A stretch of DNA of 64,000 nucleotides from an uncultured bacterium (GTDB lineage: Bacteria; Verrucomicrobiota; Verrucomicrobiia; Limisphaerales; UBA8199), in assembly GCA_963749495.1 (NCBI GenBank), contig CAVVMW010000001.1, forward strand, positions 736,001 through 800,000. Direction: 5' to 3'. Below the pieces are notes generated by a model. The model made no database searches. It saw only the letters and a program-made list of their open reading frames with translations, and was not told where the DNA came from. Shown here piece after piece: positions 63,991-64,000 of the stretch (position 1 is the first letter of the stretch; every line of letters starts with the position of its first letter). The translations under genes were made by a program, and so were the position numbers.

Positions 63991-64000
63991 GATACGTGCT

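Overview
GC-rich bacterial DNA, most consistent with Verrucomicrobiota/PVC (ECF-sigma/Ser-Thr-kinase pairs, H-X9-DG remnant, Tat-exported Gfo/Idh/MocA proteins, many palindromic repeats); this taxonomy is inferred, not searched. A core nusA-infB-rbfA-nrnA, hemW, gatA block sits between accessory DNA. Left: M20 peptidase, ECF43-type sigma plus WD40 kinase, TA modules and two displaced copies of the nrnA 3' end. Right of tRNA-Gly(CCC): a two-ORF DDE transposon, carbohydrate genes, decayed fragments, MntA/HepT, a second kinase-ECF pair and ORF-less group II intron remnants. The main candidate new system is at 22.4-28.9 kb (minus strand): an SSIII/IV-like glucan synthase translationally coupled to a plant-type phosphoglucan, water dikinase (PWD/GWD3) that has an N-terminal metal-binding TIM barrel in place of CBM20, followed by a second TIM-barrel gene, i.e. 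a possible bacterial glucan-phosphorylation pathway. Several single-base frameshifts, one of them in nusA, suggest read/assembly indels, so pseudogene calls need caution.
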